A stretch of DNA of 64,000 bases from Octopus vulgaris (GCA_951406725.2 OX597822.1:53382001-53446000); one strand, 5' to 3'. Counted from the first letter of the stretch, positions 26,079-40,818 are shown. A program made the numbers and translations. The notes: generated from the sequence alone by a model not told the origin.

Positions 26079-27080
26079 TAGCATTAAAGACCCGTCATTG
26101 CCGGGTCATAGTGCTAGTGCATGTATATATGTGTATATATATGTGTACATATTACATGTACATCTATATATATACATCTACACATAAAATACAAAATACA
26201 AAGTTATATCTTGATATCGCTAGTGATAACAATACTCAAAATATATAACAGACTGGAATTGTTAGCCCGTCTCTTGTAATTTCGATCAATTGTATCTTGT
26301 CCTCCCTCTTGTATAGAAGTGTGGCTACAATCCAGCCTACCTCTACTTTTTATTCGGGGGGGGGGATTTTTAATTTTTTTCCGGGACGTCCTATGTCCCA
26401 GATATAAAGGTAAAAAAAAAATTTCCACTTTGCAAGTTCGAGTCGAGTACTCCCTTGCACGCTCCATTGACTCGAACCTTGCTTCTATTGTGGCGAATTT
26501 ACCGCCTCTGATTAGATACCTTTCATATTCGCACCAAGACACTTTTCGAAGATGCTTTCCTCCATGTGTTCAAATCTTTTTTCTTTACATTGTATAATTT
26601 ATAGACAATAGTCTTTTCTTTAATTTAGTTTTTTATTATCCATCTGGACTATTCCATTTCTGCACGCTAATTTTATTTTTAATTTATTCCCATTCATGTG
26701 AAACCACTTATTCAAGTTCAAGTCATTGATGCAATTTTATACCAATTGCTATTTTTACTTTTGTTATGTTACGATTATATTATACTTTAGTTTGATTTTA
26801 ATTATTACTTACTACATATTATTCAATTGTTATTATTATTTTTATTGTTAAAGTGAAAGTATCTGACATAAAATAGAGAAACGTTTTTGTTTCACTTTTA
26901 ACACGTAATACTGAAATAGTGGAGAAGATATGATATTGCTATGGGCTCGCTCTAGGCAAGAAGTTGAACATTTTTTTGCCCATGACACTCCCCGGACCCT
27001 AAGTAAGGCATGTGTAAAATTTGAATGAAATTGGTTGTGTAGTTCTCAAGTTTTAGGGAAACACACAGACAGACAGACAG
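26078..27080 (-). mobile_element. Second Helitron family element
   Basis: The - strand 3' end reads GACCCGGCAATGACGGGTC hairpin-TTTAATG-CTAG|T. The far end has AAATTTGAATGAAATTGG..(ACAG)n, analogous to the far ends of the neighbouring copies. Confidence 0.65.
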
Positions 27081-27763
27081 ATTTTGGCACGAGGGCGTCG
27101 ATTACGTCATCCCCACCCAATGCTCAGCTGGTACTTATTTTAGCAACCCCTAAAGAATGAAAGGTGTAGTCCTTGGTGGAATTTGAACTCAAAGCATAAT
27201 AACGGACGAAAGCATTTTTCCGGCATAGTTTTTCAAAGATAATGAGAAATAAAATAAATAATAAATAACTGGATGCTATTATCAAGACTTGACCAGAACA
27301 AATTAACCCAATTTGGGATACACTGGGTAAAAACCTGATCGAAGGAGCGCCCTTAATATCCTTTCAGTGTATCTAGGATTACAGTATCCGATATATCTTT
27401 CTTTTAAAACGTCAATGGGGTAATGATCTGAAGATGATTTCGTTGCTATTTTAGGAAGTCGAGCGTAGCTTAAAACTGCGTCATTAGCTTTACGTCTCCA
27501 TGTCTCCCTTCGCGAAGTTTTTGAGATTTTCATTCTGGAGGCAATGCAAATCTCGAGTGGATGATTACCGTGATATGGACGGTAACGATTTGTAAGTGAA
27601 CGTATCTGTATAGTAGTAAGTTGTATAAATAGGCAGAAAGTAGATCTTGAGCGTATAACTAAGTGTAAGAGACATATTCGAACCTTGCAGTGCACCTTAG
27701 TTCATAATGTACAAATTGCAGTGGGTTCTATCAGTGGCCGTTGCAATAATGCAGTCTAAGAGA

Positions 27764-27801
<38 letters not shown>

Positions 27802-27808
27802 TCCTGTA

Positions 27809-27862
<54 letters not shown>

Positions 27863-27874
27863 TACCATTTGTTT

Positions 27875-28035
27875 GTTCCTTCTCGTGCCACGCCTGGTTC
27901 ATAGGGGCCGGTTTCCCGGTTTCCTTGGCGTATAGGTTCCCTACCTGGACGGGACGCCAGTCCGTCGCAGGTGAGCTGCAAGATGCAGGAAGAAAGAGTG
28001 AGAGAAGGTCGTGGCGAAAGAGTCAGCAGAAGCCT
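27875..28035 (-). mobile_element. 3' half of a V-SINE-like element
   Basis: The - strand reads CTCTTTCGCCAC..TTCTCTCACTCT..CCTGCGACGGACTGGCGTCCCGTCCAG, homologous to 225-350. Confidence 0.7.
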
Positions 28036-28054
28036 CCTTCTGTATATACATATC

Positions 28055-28131
<77 letters not shown>

Positions 28132-28411
28132 GAGTGTATTTTACCTTGTTAACATTTAACACGGATAAATGAATGAATTTTTTATTCCTATATATATATA
28201 TATATAATTAACAAGATTTTGCTATGCCCTTAATTATAATTATATAAATGATTTCACCTTAGTAGGCTTATTTTTATATGCTGGCCACTGATAAAATGTT
28301 TAACGATTTTGTCCTTTATTATTAAAGTGTGAATAGCGCACAATCTTCCTAAAGGTTACCAATGGTCTTCCTTGGTCATGAGTGGACAGACATCGTGTAT
28401 ATATATGTATG

Positions 28412-28472
<61 letters not shown>

Positions 28473-28502
28473 GTATGTATAAATACATATATATTTATTT
28501 AT

Positions 28503-28549
<47 letters not shown>

Positions 28550-28631
28550 GGTCCCGGGTTGATTCGGGGTTAACCACAGTAAATAAGGTACTCAATACAT
28601 AGCAGAGTAAAATTAATTTATTATATAGAAG

Positions 28632-28682
28632 GAGTTTACAGGACTAGAACTGTTTCATTCAAGAGAAATCTTCAGGAAGCTC
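28632..28682 (-). ncRNA. Hammerhead ribozyme motif, inverted partner of 28695-28747
   Basis: - strand GAGCTTC-CTGAAGA-TTTCTCTTGAAT-GAAAC-AGTTCTAGTCCT-GTA-AACTC. The core is intact but stem I is weakened by a small deletion. Confidence 0.6.
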
Positions 28683-28694
28683 CTGAAGATTTCT

Positions 28695-28747
28695 GAGCTT
28701 CCTGAAGATTTCTCTTGAATGAAACAGTTCTAGTCCTGTAGAAGCTC
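28695..28747 (+). ncRNA. Type I hammerhead ribozyme motif
   Basis: GAGCTTC-CTGAAGA-T-TTC-TCTT-GAA-T-GAAAC-AG-TTCTAGTC-CT-GTA-GAAGCTC: 7-bp stem I, short stem II, stem III ACAG/CTGT and a GUA triplet. Confidence 0.75.
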
Positions 28748-28757
28748 CTTCTATATA

Positions 28758-28829
<72 letters not shown>

Positions 28830-30719
28830 GTATATATGCATGTATGTATAAAGTACAAACTTTGTTGTGTCTGAGGAGAGTCATTCTATTCTAATGCCTA
28901 ATTACTTAACACACTCAACGTTTCGATTTCCACCCATTTACTTATTTATTCTTTTCTAAAATTTTCGTTGCTTCTTGCAACGCTTTCAGTAGTTGTTGAA
29001 TCTGTCCGTTATAGGAGCTACTTTCTTTTTGTATGTTTGTGCGCATGTGTGCGTCAGCGTGCATGTATATACACATATGTATGTATGTACGTACGTATGT
29101 ATGTATGTATGTATGTAAGTATGTATGTATGTATGTATGTGTGTGTGTATGTATGTATGGATGAATGGATGGATGGATTGACGGATGGATGCATGCGCGT
29201 GTGTGCATGCATATATATACATGTATGGGTGTGTGTACGTTTGTATGTATGTATTTTGCATATTCATGTGTATGTATGCATGTTTGTTTGTGTTTATGTA
29301 TGTCTGTGTGTATATGTATGTGTCTGTACCTTTGTTTCCTTGTGTATGCGTGTTTCAATGTGTCTATATGCAATGGTTTGTGTGACTATGTACATGCATC
29401 TGTTATATATATGGATATGCATCTCCACAAGTGTCTTGTTCCTGTGTTTGTAGAGTGTGTTTGTTTCTCTGTTTATGGAGTGTGCATATAGTCATGTGTT
29501 TCCGTCTCTGTTTGTGTATGTATATGTGTGTGTGTGTTTGTCTCTCCGTATTACCTGTGTACCTATCTACCTACTTAGTTCTCTGTAGAGAAAAAAAATT
29601 CTAGAAAAAATAATCAAGTAAATGAATGGAAATCGGACCGGTGAGTGTGTTAAGTAATAAGGCATTAGAACAGAATGACTCTCCCCAGACACAACAAAAT
29701 CTGCTTCAAAACACGAATTTACATAAAGAATCTTACAAACTAAATACAAAAACGCAGTACAAACTTGTTGGAAGAAAATTTATAAATTCAGATCAACTCT
29801 GGAAAGCTGTGAAACATGAATAGGATAATGGCATTTTCAAAGCAAAATACTACCTAATAGTTGTCTGAAAAGATTAGATATCTTGAAGGCAGCTAAGAAA
29901 CATACTTACGAGTTACATAAACTCGTAAATGTATTTCTGCAAGATTTTGTGTTTTTTATAGACTTTTACTACGTAATAAAATAGATATTACAAAAATTGT
30001 TTAAAAGTTGGTCTGGCATGTTTACTTTTTGCTTTGCTCATAAGTGTATGTACGTCATAACTTCTGTCTTCATCACCCCATGTTTAAAAATACGTATTCG
30101 TTTGATGTAGCTTGCTCAATATGCATTACATTTTTCTGAAAATATATTGGTTTTATCTTTACTTTTGTCTTTATATTTTTAATTGATCTCATTTACCTGA
30201 TACCCACTATATCTGGAATAACTATGGAGGGTTATATTTTTCGCTGTCAGTTGAAATTTACACTACCAAAACTACCCCTGCTATATAGAAAATCCTACAA
30301 GCATTCGAACATTTTCACTGTTTTCTATATTTTCAACTAATGCTTTAGGGTTACACAAAACTTTTGGCTCTGGCAAATATTCATTCATTCAGACATTCAT
30401 GTGTGTATGTGTGTACGTGCGTGTGTATGCGTGCGTGTGCGCATGCGCGTAGTGTGTATGTGTGTGTGTGAAACTGAGGAGAGAAAAAGTGCTCATTAAA
30501 CATAGTTTAGTTACTTATTCTCTCAAAACTGGTTTATAAATCAATCGGTATTCATAGTTTCTCGCCACATGCTACGATCATTCAAGTGACATAAAAAAAT
30601 AAATGAAAAAAGAATTATCTTTCTGTCGCCTGAAATATCATACAGGACAATATACTTTAAAAAGCAGGAATTATTGCTTCCAAACACAATATATATATAT
30701 ATATATATCATATAATGTA

Positions 30720-30756
<37 letters not shown>

Positions 30757-30819
30757 TGGGTAGCTTATTGACAATTTAACAACCTAAAGGCAAGGCAAAT
30801 TTGTTGATATATATATATA

Positions 30820-32130
30820 TAGTAAATGAATGACAGAAGATGGAACATATGAGAAATTGTATTATTAATCACGACAATTGTTTCGACACATTTAGCATCA
30901 ATCCATGATGGGTGGGACACTTAAGAACTGGTTCAGGAAACATCCGGCGGTGCAGATGCGTTAAAATAACAGTTCCGCAACGTATCTGCTAATTTCGTAG
31001 AAAGAAAAGTAGCAAAACGAAGGAAGGTACTTCCATTTATACAAATCAAAACTAAAATCACAGATGCAAAATAGAAACGAACATGCAATACAGCGAGAAA
31101 AGTATCAAAAATAACCGTTAAAAGATATGGATGTATTAAGGCTCTCGTGCAAGTTGCATGGTGCGTGCACACACGCTCATACAAGCATCCGTGAAAATGT
31201 AGACATACGTACACGTGTGGTTTGGTACACTCACGATCACAAAGCAAGTTAAATAAATGCTTGGTGCTAATAAGAATGGGGAGGTTAAAGCTAGACTTAA
31301 TTCAGCCATACCTTAAAGTAAATTATGTTAACAGCTACTCAAATTCATTCCCACTGTGCGAAAGTACATTTATATACGTGTAGGCATCTTGAGAATCTTT
31401 CAGAAATTCTATTAATGATCTTCTCATTGGTCCACAGAATAGATAGGGATTCCTCGGAGCAGGGTCTGAAATGATACTGTATGGTTTAGCGTGCTTTCCT
31501 ATGGACCAAGTTATGTTGTACTTAGTTTTATATTCCTTCAGTCGCCATACAACATCGACCATAGATGTTTGAACGTCTCTTATTTGTTCTCTTGAAGCTG
31601 GCGAAGTGGTTACGTTAACGATTCTGCCCGATGTAAGCATACGACCCTCTCCTTGTGTGCACGGTACATTTATATACAAGATTTGTACTTACACAGAGGT
31701 TCATCATTGGGCATTTTGATTTTTCTCTGCATGAGCATTTACCATATTTATTTGTATATATGGCCGTTCCGACTTCATTTTCCGATGTTGTTACCGTGTT
31801 AGCAATATCATAAGCATTTCTACTTTTACAATTTGGCGATATGTATAATTTTTGTTTCCTATTTTTTTTCCTTTTTCGATATTTTTGACCATTCCACTTT
31901 TTTGAACCCAATTTCTAGTTTTTGCTCGTGATTTCTCTTGTTCTATTGTCCTAAATTGTAAGATGTATAGGCCATGTACTCAGAGCTTGAAGATTACATG
32001 GGAACGCTAGAAGTGTTTTAAAACCTGACTAGATAATATCATCAATGTATTAAATTATTAGTTGATAATAACTATATACTGTGTGCATTAAACAATATTT
32101 ATCTCTCCCCAGATGGAGTACTTTTTGTTG
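30820..32130 (-). mobile_element. Penelope-like element 3' part (GIY-YIG endonuclease, Naiad-like) with putative pseudo-LTR
   Basis: KCSCREKSKCPMMNLCVSTNLVYKCTVHTRRGSYAYIGQ, then VWRLKEYKTKYNITWSIGKHAKPY in another frame. A hammerhead 3' half GAAACAATTGTC lies on - at ~30872-30885. Confidence 0.8.
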
Positions 32131-32177
32131 AGCTTACCTAAACGGAAAAGTAAACTAAATAATTATATACATATACA

Positions 32178-32259
<82 letters not shown>

Positions 32260-33179
32260 ACACTATATCTCTGTGCCCATAGAGAAGCTTCATGAGGTTG
32301 ACTTTGTGAAAGTTATGTAATGAAACTCGACCTACCACTGACCTGTCCTCAAAACTAGAACTACACGAAGATTTGAACACATCACCGCATCCTAAAATCA
32401 ATACTACGGCGCTGATTTGTAAAAGCGGTGAACTGTGAGAATCAATAAAGTGTCAGACAAAATGTCTTACAGTATTTAGTTACAATTCTTTACGTTCTGA
32501 GTTCAAATCCCACTAAGGTAAAGTTTTCCTTTCATCCTTTTGAACTCAATAAAATATAATACTGTTCAAGTACTCGGTCGATAAAATCGAATGTACCATC
32601 CCATAAAATGTATGGCTATGTGCCAAACTTCGAAATCGATATTATAGCGTAACTGCGGAACTATACTAAATATAATAGATATTTATGACCTGCTGAAAAT
32701 TAAGTGTTGCGTATTGGATTCGATCTGTTGAACCATTAATTGGCACTTCAACACTATCTCTGTAATATTGTTAAATATTGACTTGTAACGTTGGCACAAG
32801 TTCGCACATCAAGTTCACACATTTTGGAGGACGGTATAGTCGGTTAAATTGATCGAGAATACACGACTGGTATTTTATTTTATCAACAACCCTAGAAGAA
32901 AGACGAAGCTGATCTTGACAAGATTTTAATGCAGGATGTTAACTGTGTTACTTAAATAATTGCAAAATTTAACCCGATTGTCCAACAATTCTGCTAGTTC
33001 GCCGCCTTTAAATGTAGATGATATAAACAAGTCAACTCTAATTGAGAAGATACAAAAAAGGTATTACAGCCTGATAATCGCATCTGTATATTTAAACAAG
33101 ATTGTTTAATGTGCCCTTCCTGCTTTAGTACATTAGAGTAGAATCTGAGAGAATTTGGTAGCTATTTTTAGCTTTCTCA

Positions 33180-34700
33180 ACTTTAGACTTTCTTTCATCT
33201 CTGTCATATTCATTATAATGCATTTTCTGCGCCCATCCACTTCATGAACCACTGTCCTGCTATGTTTCCTAATTCTGGCATTACATAGAGGATCCAGCTT
33301 TGAACCCACATTCCACCTTTACTGAAAACATCTATCTACTGCTCTCTACTGATAACAATGATATCTTAGTACCTTACTATCTTACACGATTTCGTAAGCC
33401 ATTTATATTTTAGGTCATACCTTCTTTGTACCTCATACATATTACTTATGCAAGGCTTCCTCAATTCAAATTTTGGATCAATTTCTCGTATTAGACTATA
33501 CCATAAGGTCAGATTATTGCTTCGTTATTGTAATATCACATTGGGATATAAGTTTTTCCTTCAAATCAAGCCGCTGGCATCATGCAGAAGGTTAAGGTGC
33601 GGATTTAGTTTGTTTATGCTCCTTCATTGTGTTTTATCACCCTCGTTCAGGAAAACAATAAGCATTAATTTGGTGTTGATTCTCACTACAGTGATACGTT
33701 TTAGTACATCTGCAACGACATTCAAGACTTGATTATACCGTTAGGAATACTTTGCATGGAATGATTTCCATGCTGCCAGAACCATCACCAATAATGCATA
33801 ACCTCCGTACCGCTGACATTGACGTATCATTTGGTCAGATAGGGGAAAACATCGTACAATGCTCTCGGGACGAATAAGAATACGATAGTTATTCTATCGT
33901 ATTCTGCCACATGCTTTCCGATAACTTCCTTTTCTCACTGTCTCCCAAGTTTCTTTGGATGTGATCTTCCTGACACATCTGCTTTAGTCAAACGTTTCTA
34001 CTCTTTATTTTCGTGGGTCGCAGTATCTTCCCAGACCTTTTTTTTTTTCCTTCAGGAGTGAGGTTAACTTGTTCTGTGTCCATCCCAATCCAGCTGCGCT
34101 ACATTATTTGTCTCTCGCTATTACGCTTTGCTCAGCAACACTATATCATATAACAGATATTTTGCTATTTTCAACTCCTATACATGTGATGGCAAAAGCA
34201 GATACTTATGGAAAAGTTAAAATAACAAAATAGCTTTAAACACCGCTTGTAATAGCATTATATGACTCAACCTTTGTAAAGTATGGTTGAAAGTTAAACT
34301 AGCCTCGTTGACAGTTGCTATCAAACGTTTCCAAACTTCCACACTGGTTAATAGTATTTCATATTTTTGGAGTGGTCGTAAGAATCGTGGCAACAGGCTG
34401 TGTTCATATACATATCAAAGTTCCCTTCGGAATCTCATTTGTGAGCAACAATGAGTCCCTCTCTCAACCTGAGATCGATCTCGTTGTCTATCTTGGTATA
34501 ATTTGGGGCTACTCTGTAGATGTGGTTATTATGTATAATTACTTGCGCCTTGATCGTTAAAATTAACTGCCTCCCAATTAATTGAGCTCATCTTATGGAC
34601 ATATAGCGGTATTCTAGTAGGAAACTGCGTTGTGCAATCAACATTGCCAGAGTAATCTGAAACCATGGAGATATTTCACGGCAATGAACAAGGTGCTAAA
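33180..34700 (-). mobile_element. Possible very old R4-type LINE debris
   Basis: Only faint motif remnants on the - strand (KKxYD-like at ~33420, HNAV at ~34630). There is no continuous frame. Confidence 0.25.
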
Positions 34701-36683
34701 TTCCTCGGCTGATAGTCCACAGTACTATAATGTATGATGATCATCGCACATTACAGATATACTACAGCATGTCTTTATGACGCATTGGAAAATCTGCTCT
34801 CGGAACTTGTCATATTTTTCATACTGCATAAACGACGCAAAATATTTTCTCACAATAGGGTTGTATATCTTACGGACATAGTTAAGCAATAATCCAACAT
34901 AAGCCACCCAGGGAAATACCAAGAACTTCTGCCTCAGAACTGAATATTTAAATAACATCATAAGATTATGGTATAAAATAAATTATCGGCACGCGAACTA
35001 GATCGTATGAAGCAATGACTAATATATGCGGTGTTTCTACACTTCAAATTCTTCAAATGAAATTTTCGGACATGAACCCATGACAATAATGAGAAATTCC
35101 ATTACCAAACCCTATTACTGCAAAGAACCATCATAAATCACAAATTCATTTCAACCCACAAACTGTAAATAAGATGAAAACATTTTAAACAAAATGAATT
35201 TAAATCTAGTTTGTCAAAGATTTGGAATGAAAAGAAATTTTTAACTAGAACGATCAACGATAATTATAACCGGAAGCATTCTGTTCCAGCATCAACAGTA
35301 AAACATTTTCAAACTCCAAACGTTTATGAGACTATGTGAAAGCTACACAATGAGATGGCATAAAGACGTGGGTTACAATTTGGATTGTGTTAAAAGGTGT
35401 TACAGTTCTTCCGGAATTAACTCGCGTACATGTTTAAAAGAGATATGTAATGCCAAACCGACATAGTAAATTAGTTTAATAACAGAATGGAGAAACATTT
35501 TAACTAAGAATGTAAAAATTCAGTTGACAGAAAACGTTAGGTTTAGTGTTGGTTGAACAATTAAGTATAAACTTACACGAAAGCTGTTTAAACTAATTAC
35601 TCCAAGGATATTGGAAATACAAGAATGATGTGTCGAAGAAATTTTATAAAACTAAACTGTCTGGTTTAAATCTTTTTAAAAGCTGTAAAAATCTGGTGAC
35701 ATTATGAAATAATTACTGGAAGGCGTATGGTTTTGTTCTCAACTCGTAATATTTTAAATTACTGCATATAATGAAAGTTTCAGCTGCTCTGTCTGCTACT
35801 ATTGAAAGCACACCTGACTAACAATCTTCACACGTGTAAATTAGAATACATGTACTTCCTGGAAGCAACAATTCCTTTAAAATGACGTTCCCAGTAAGAC
35901 ATTTTGTCTGTACTTTATTTGTTTTAAGAAATTAAAAAAGAAACCTCTGCCATTTCTTTGACAAAAATCAAGCATACTGTTGTAGAGGTGAGCTGCCCAG
36001 CAGAGGTAGACATTCTTAAAAGTCGTAAAGAAAAATAACATTTATAGCCAATTGCAACGAAAACTTATAACATACACATAATCATTGGTGCACTTTTATT
36101 TTTTTTCTATGATTATAGGCAGAAATGTAGATGTATAAACAGAAACTGATAGAATAATTGTCTTTATTAAATCAGATTTTCAGGCAAAGAAAGCAAACAT
36201 CTAACAATTCAATTTGTAAGATAAGCATTGTTTTCTTTTGTATTTGATAACTGTTGATATTTAATTGTCAATAATGAAGTTGTTTCTTACTTAGAAACCT
36301 TTCGTTATAGGAAGACGTCATAGAATAAAACAGAAATATAGATATGTATGTATACATCCCTACAAAGACGCACACACATGCACGCACGCACACTCACACA
36401 CACTCACGCGCGCTTACACACACACTTATATAAACGTATACATCTGGATAGATACATGTATGTATATATATATATATATATATATATTTACATATATGTT
36501 TATAAATGTGTATGTATATATACATCGACCCCAGGACTTATTCTTTGTAAGCATAGTATTTAGTCTATCAGTCTCTTTTGCCGAACTGCTAAGTTAATGG
36601 TTGGGGGAAATAGACATATCAACATTGATTGTCAAACGGTGGTAAGGGAACAAATACAGTCACAATAACACGCTCACATAAAT

Positions 36684-36749
<66 letters not shown>

Positions 36750-36943
36750 GACGGCTTTGTTTCAGATTCCGCGTACCTAAATCCACTCACAAGGCTTTGG
36801 TCGGCCCAAGGCTACAGTAGAAGACACCCACCCAAGGCTCCACGCAGTGGAACTGGACCCCAAAACCATGTAATTGGGAAGCAAGCTTCTTACCACACAG
36901 CTACCCCTACGCCTATATGTATATATTATATATATATTATATA

Positions 36944-37019
<76 letters not shown>

Positions 37020-37321
37020 ATGTATGTATATATGTGTGTATATTTAAATAATATAATATAATACATACATACATTAGCTGGAATTTTCCACAGAAATAAA
37101 GCCTTGTGTCTGGAGAAAAGAGAAACAAGATTTAAGATTAGTCTGTACATACTTTAGTTGTCATATTTGGATATCATCTTTCAGACATAATTTATTAAAC
37201 AATAAAATCAACGACGTACTGGAAAGTGAAGAAAGCGTCGGACGAATCGACTTGGGAATTACTGAACTTGCAAACTTCAATAAAGATCTGAGAGACATTC
37301 TTCATACCAAAACACTGCTCT

Positions 37322-37451
<130 letters not shown>

Positions 37452-37585
37452 GACAGAGAGACAGACAGAAAGACAGAGAGAGAAGGAGGGGGAGAAAATA
37501 ATTCTGTTGTTGAATATATACATACGTCTCAACACGGAGATTCTTTTTCTGCCACGTACCTAAGTACAAACTTATGTCTAACATA

Positions 37586-38830
37586 CAAGGTTGGGCTGGA
37601 AAGTTAATAGACTGACAATAAAGGAGTTGCACTGGAGCTGTGAAATCTTATATGCATTAATTCCAGCTCCTTTTACTGATAAATGCATTGTATCTTTCCA
37701 CATAAAATCACATCTGACTATTCAAAGAACACTTCAAAAGTAACTAGTACCGACTTCTCTTGAAAATGTACAATATTTTACAGCGTAGTGCGGAAACAGG
37801 GTTTATCTCCTACCTCCAATGACATTCATACTGATATGGTTGATAGATTAGGCCATTACTCTCAAGCGTTATCCACAGTGCAAAAGTGGACAGCTGAATT
37901 TGGGTGAGCAATAGAGAGTCTTAAAGATGACCTAAGATCTGACGTCCTACAACAGCATCCACCGAGGTAAACATTGATTGTGTTCACCACATGCTGATAG
38001 ATAACTGGTGATTGCTTATATATAAATCAAATAGCCAATGTTATTAGCTTATCCAGTGAGAAAGTTGAGAATATTCAGCACAATGAACTTCTGACATCTG
38101 AACAAAAGCGCACCAGGCTGACCGTATCGCTGGCAAATTTTGACATTAAGTTAGACAGATCCCTCTGATTTCCTTGACCATTTCCTAACCCTGAATGATG
38201 GGTTAGATTTATCCTTTGAGCTAGAGACAAAGAGACAATCCATGCAGCGGAAAACTCCTCACCTGCTCAAAAGAAGCCAAGGTCGTTTCATCTGAAGAAA
38301 AAAAGTGACGGCCTCAGTTTTGGGGGATACAAAAGACATTGTTTTTATTGACTATCTTCAAAAGGGCCACACTTTCAATGGAGCGTATTGTGCCAACTTT
38401 TTCAAGCAGTTACGAAAGTCTATCAAGGCCAAACTCCCAAGAAAACTGACGAAAAGAGTCTTGTTTCATGAGAACATGCTCCAGTACACAAATCCTTGGT
38501 TCCAATAGCTGCTGTGCGTGACTGTGGCATTGAACTGGTTGATCACCGTCCCTACTCTCCTGATTTGGCCCCGTCAACTTATCATCTGCTCCCCCAACAT
38601 TTAAAAAAATGGCCGAAAAGCAGTCTTGCAGTGATTATAGCGTCATATGTGCTGTTGATGACTTTTTGAGCAACAGGATGAAAGCTTCTTCACCAATGGG
38701 TTCCATGCACTGCAATACCAATGGAAGAAGTGTGTGGACCGCAAGAGGGACAATGTTGAAAAATAAACTTCACTTGTTCACATTCCATGAGAGTATTCTG
38801 GTCAGTCCGTGGACTTTTCAGCCGATCTTA
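37586..38830 (+). mobile_element. Near full-length decayed mariner (~1.25 kb)
   Basis: TIRs GGTTGGGCTGGAAAGTTAATAGACTGAC and GTCAGTCCGTGGACTTTTCAGCCGATC. Motifs TVQKWTAEF, ETKRQSMQ, IVFIDYLQKGHTFNGAY, VLFHEN and HRPYSPDLAPS. Confidence 0.9.
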
Positions 38831-40383
38831 TGAATTTCGCACCTGATCGTAATTGTTTAAGAAAGAAAATTTATATTCAGTTGCCCTACAGTAATGAAAA
38901 TTTCTTTAAAAATCACTACTTCCAGAACAATAGCTTTTCTACCGAGATTATGAATTTACATTTATACCTGTAGTTATTAGTGTAATTGGTTACGTTAATA
39001 ACTGTCTCATTTCAGTAACTCAAAAACCTTAGTGGATCAATAAAAATTCCCAAAATCTCTTACATTCAGCATGTAACTTTTTACTGTTCTTGTCTAAATT
39101 CTAGGTGATGTTACTTTGTTCCTGTGTTATCAAACATCTCTGTATCTCTAAGAAGAATTTAAATCATTAAAACAGATAGATATACAAGCATAGAAAAATG
39201 GTAGCTATGTACATGTATGACTATTTGTAAATAATATTGTCTTACATACAGCAAGAACGATGTCAATGAATGTGCGTTTCCTCTTCCTTTAGTTTAACTC
39301 CATCTTTTAGCTTTAATCTTTCTGTCTGTTCTGATGGATGTCTCTCATAAGAAAATGACATTTGTATTCCCTTTGATTCCATTTGTCATTGTACATACCA
39401 TATATCTGTTTGACTTTATCTTAAAATCTCTAGTATATTCTTTTCAATCATTCTGTTTATATGAACATATATACATAGATATGTGCATGTGTGTGAGTGC
39501 ATTAGAGGAAAATGCTATGCCACAGCCTTTGCAATTCCTCTTAGACTGATAGAAATGGTGTGGATAATGCCAAGCTTGAACATAAAGACGTCAAGTTTTA
39601 CACGTCAAACGTGGACGGAAAATTAATAAATCTGGCTTTGGTCTCAACACTTGCATGTGGTTGCGGTATTGGTGGTGATGGTGGTGGCAGAATTTACGGT
39701 GGTAGTAGTAGATGTGATGAGGAATGTGTGGCGATTGGTTGTAGTGGTAGGAGTGCTTGTTGTGATGGTAGTTGTTGCAGTGGTAATGGTTGTTATGATG
39801 ATAGAAGTGGTGCTGTTAAATCGGATGATGTGTTTGGCCTACGCTTATACAAAGTGGTCTTTTACAGGAAAAAACAACCTTTTAATCTTGGTATTGTAGT
39901 CAAACGTTCTTGCTTTATTTCTTCTCTTTATTTCTACATCTGAAGGTACTTACTCTGAAGGTACTCGGAAGGTACTTATTTCTATCTCTGAAGGTACTTA
40001 CTCCCTTTTCCGTTTATCTGCCGAGTATCGTTTGCTAATGTTGATTGGAGAATTAGAATTTACCACTTTAGTATTTTTTTTATTTAATAGTAGCATTCAG
40101 TTACTTTTTCCTTTTACACATTTTGAAACTTAAATCTTCTTCACTTGAAGTTCTTAGCTATGGTAAATCTTTTTTATTGAGAATTTCAATGTCTTCTTGT
40201 CTTCTGCCTGTTCAAGCAGAAAATTATTGTTTTTTTTTATTTATTTTTTTTTTGTTTATTTTCCTTTCTCTCGATGCTAATAGCAAACGTGAAAGAAGGA
40301 AGAGTTACAAATATATTCAAGATACCTAGTCTTTAGAAATATAAGAACTATTGTTACAAGCGCGCTCCCGCATACCCACCCAC

Positions 40384-40443
<60 letters not shown>

Positions 40444-40735
40444 TCACACTGTTATAAACACACATCGGTTGTCAAGCGCTAAGCGGGTGAGGGAGACAAA
40501 CATAAACACACTGACACATACACATAGATATATATACATATATAGAACGGACTTTTCAGTTTCCGCCTACCAAATCCATTCATAAGGCTTTGGTCGGCCT
40601 GAGGTTATACTAGGAGACATTTGCACAAGATGTCACGCAGTAGGACTGAACCAAGAACAATGTGGCTGGGAAGCAAGCTTCTTATAACACATACGCCTAT
40701 ACAATATGCATACAATATATATATACAATATGCAT

Positions 40736-40805
<70 letters not shown>

Positions 40806-40818
40806 CACATATATATAC

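Noticed and set aside
30868-30960. Hammerhead 3' half GAAACAATTGTC-GTGAT on the - strand
   Set aside because: No matching CUGANGA or stem I 5' half was found, so it is not counted as a ribozyme.
39560-39943. Gly/Cys-rich 127-aa ORF resembling a metallothionein or keratin-associated protein
   Set aside because: It is degenerate (GGT/TGT/GAT)n low-complexity DNA with a non-ATG start and no splice support.
39939-40003. Four copies of GAAGGTACT with short variable spacers, superficially CRISPR-like
   Set aside because: Units and spacers are far too short, the context is eukaryotic and there are no cas genes. This is local slippage.
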